A stretch of 63,993 bases of DNA, counting the filler, from Vicugna vicugna (Eukaryota), in the NCBI GenBank assembly GCA_013265495.1. It is 73 parts of 73 records of this genome, joined end to end, with 100 filler letters (N's around TTAATTAATTAA, not from the genome) between each part and the next. Parts side by side here need not be neighbours in the genome. Positions count along the whole stretch, not along the records: positions 62,261 to 63,133 come from MU061117.1; positions 63,234 to 63,728 come from MU061120.1; positions 63,829 to 63,993 come from MU061178.1; 70 more parts are not named here. The stretch is one strand, 5' to 3'. The notes under the pieces are model-generated. The model had not been told where the DNA came from, made no database searches, and saw nothing but the letters and a program-made list of their open reading frames with translations. How positions within the stretch are numbered: position 1 is the first letter of the stretch; each line of letters begins with the position of its first letter. The translations under genes and the position numbers were made by a program. This document shows positions 62,261 to 63,993 of the stretch, in pieces.

Positions 62261-63133
62261 TGAGTTGAGAGCATGTGGATTACTAATCTTTCATCGTGTA
62301 TAAAAGGAATATTTTCATCTAGTCTCGTGTACACGTTTTCACAAGCTTTCCCTAACACCAAGTTCGAATTCATGCATTTTTCACAGAAAAATTGTTCTGG
62401 AGCGATTACCACCTAACAGATGTGTAATTTACATGAATTCCAACAACATGGCATTCCGGGTACCGTACATGATACATGTATGACGGATTCGGCAATCATA
62501 CGTTTCTGGATTGTGAGCATGTGGATTACTGACCTTTCATCCACCAAACAAGGTGTATACATGCTTAGAAATATTTACGCGAACTTCATAATTTTTTCTA
62601 TCACCAGGTTCTAAAATCGAACATTTGGCACCAGAAAACACTCTTTGAGCGAAATCTCACCAATACACATGTAATTTGCATTGTTTACATAACCATGGCA
62701 TTCCGTATTACGAACATGTTTCATNNNNNNNNNNNNNNNNNNNNNNNNNNNNNNNNNNNNNNNNNNNNNNNNNNNNNNNNNNNNNNNNNNNNNNNNNNNN
62801 NNNNNNNNNNNNNNNNNNNNNNNNNNNNNNNNNNNNNNNNNNNNNNNNNNNNNNNNNNNNNNNNNNNNNNNNNNNNNNNNNNNNNNNNNNNNNNAAAAAC
62901 CCTCGCGAATTCTAACTTAGAGATATATAATTTGAATAGATTCCATCTACATTATATTCCATGTTCCTTACATTCTACATACATGACGGATTCAACAAAC
63001 ATGCATTCCTGAGTTGAGTGCATCTGGATTACTAATCTTTCATCTGCTATAAAAGGAACATTTTCATCTAGACACGTGTACATATTTAAACATGCTTTCC
63101 CTAACACCAGGTTCGAATTCGTGCATTATTGAC
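62261..63133 (-). repeat. Satellite C (739-bp trimer)
   Basis: Reverse complement of all three subunits; tgagttgag.gcat.tggattactaatctttcatc at 62261 and 63010, across a sized gap. Confidence 0.92.
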
Positions 63134-63993
63134 NNNNNNNNNNNNNNNNNNNNNNNNNNNNNNNNNNNNNNNNNNNNTTAATTAATTAANNNNNNNNNNN
63201 NNNNNNNNNNNNNNNNNNNNNNNNNNNNNNNNNTATGTAAAACTACCACGCCTGTGGTGACTACCTTATTTGTCTTGAGGGCAGTGCAGTCAGCCCCCAT
63301 CATCCCATGGCCCTGAGCTCCTGATGCTGGAAAGAGATCACGCTACCGCCTCAGATGGAGAGAAAAGGTGAAAGCATTTTCTGAAATCTACAGCACTGAT
63401 AAAGCATGACTGACAAATCCCAGGTTCCTTTGACGCTATCATTTTCTGTTTCTGGCCAACACCCTTCAATGAGCAGAATCACCCTATTCCCGAGCCATGG
63501 GACTCACGTGGGAAGCAGTTTTGGAGAAATTTCCAGGAATAGAATGTAACCAACTATACATAGAACTCTGAAAAAGAAAAGATCCAATACTCTGATTTTG
63601 GAAGACACCCAAAATATTCTCCTAAACATTAGTAGCTGGAAAGGCTGGGCTTCTCCTAAGCCACTTATTTATTTCACAGCCAGTGAGCATCTCCCACAAA
63701 TCCTGCTTCACTGTGTATGCTGGGAGCCNNNNNNNNNNNNNNNNNNNNNNNNNNNNNNNNNNNNNNNNNNNNTTAATTAATTAANNNNNNNNNNNNNNNN
63801 NNNNNNNNNNNNNNNNNNNNNNNNNNNNAGAAGGGAGGAGTTTAGAAAATTTGAACAAAAAGCAAAAATGTGTTTGATCAGAGGTTCAGAAAAGGAGAAC
63901 TGGTGGTAATTAGGGATGCAGAAGGAGATGAATGACAAAAAGGACGGCGCAAAGTGTTTGAAGAAGACAATGTAAACGGTGTGAGTGAGAGGA

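Overview
This window is not one biological locus. It is a concatenation of about 73 short unplaced mammalian scaffolds, separated by about 72 artificial 100-bp spacers (44 N + TTAATTAATTAA + 44 N), so neighbours across a spacer are unrelated. The tRNA-derived SINEs look like the camelid Vic-1 type, suggesting alpaca, llama or camel (inference). Much of the sequence is satellite DNA in five classes: a GC-rich 267-bp satellite, a diverged 265-267-bp relative, a 249-bp satellite, an AT-rich ~739-bp trimer of ~246-bp subunits that appears homologous to the 249-bp family, and an AGAATAY heptamer satellite. Gene-related content: a partial OR1S-type olfactory receptor ORF, a CpG-island bidirectional promoter with CHR, CCAAT, GC-box and NRF1 motifs and two divergent first-exon donors, and a disrupted betaretroviral RT fragment. 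The rest is L1, L2, MIR, SINE, LTR and DNA-transposon fragments plus unique sequence. I found no convincing new protein-coding system. The most interesting signals are the satellite architecture and relationships, the unplaced promoter, and two unclassified dispersed repeats. All alignments were done by eye.
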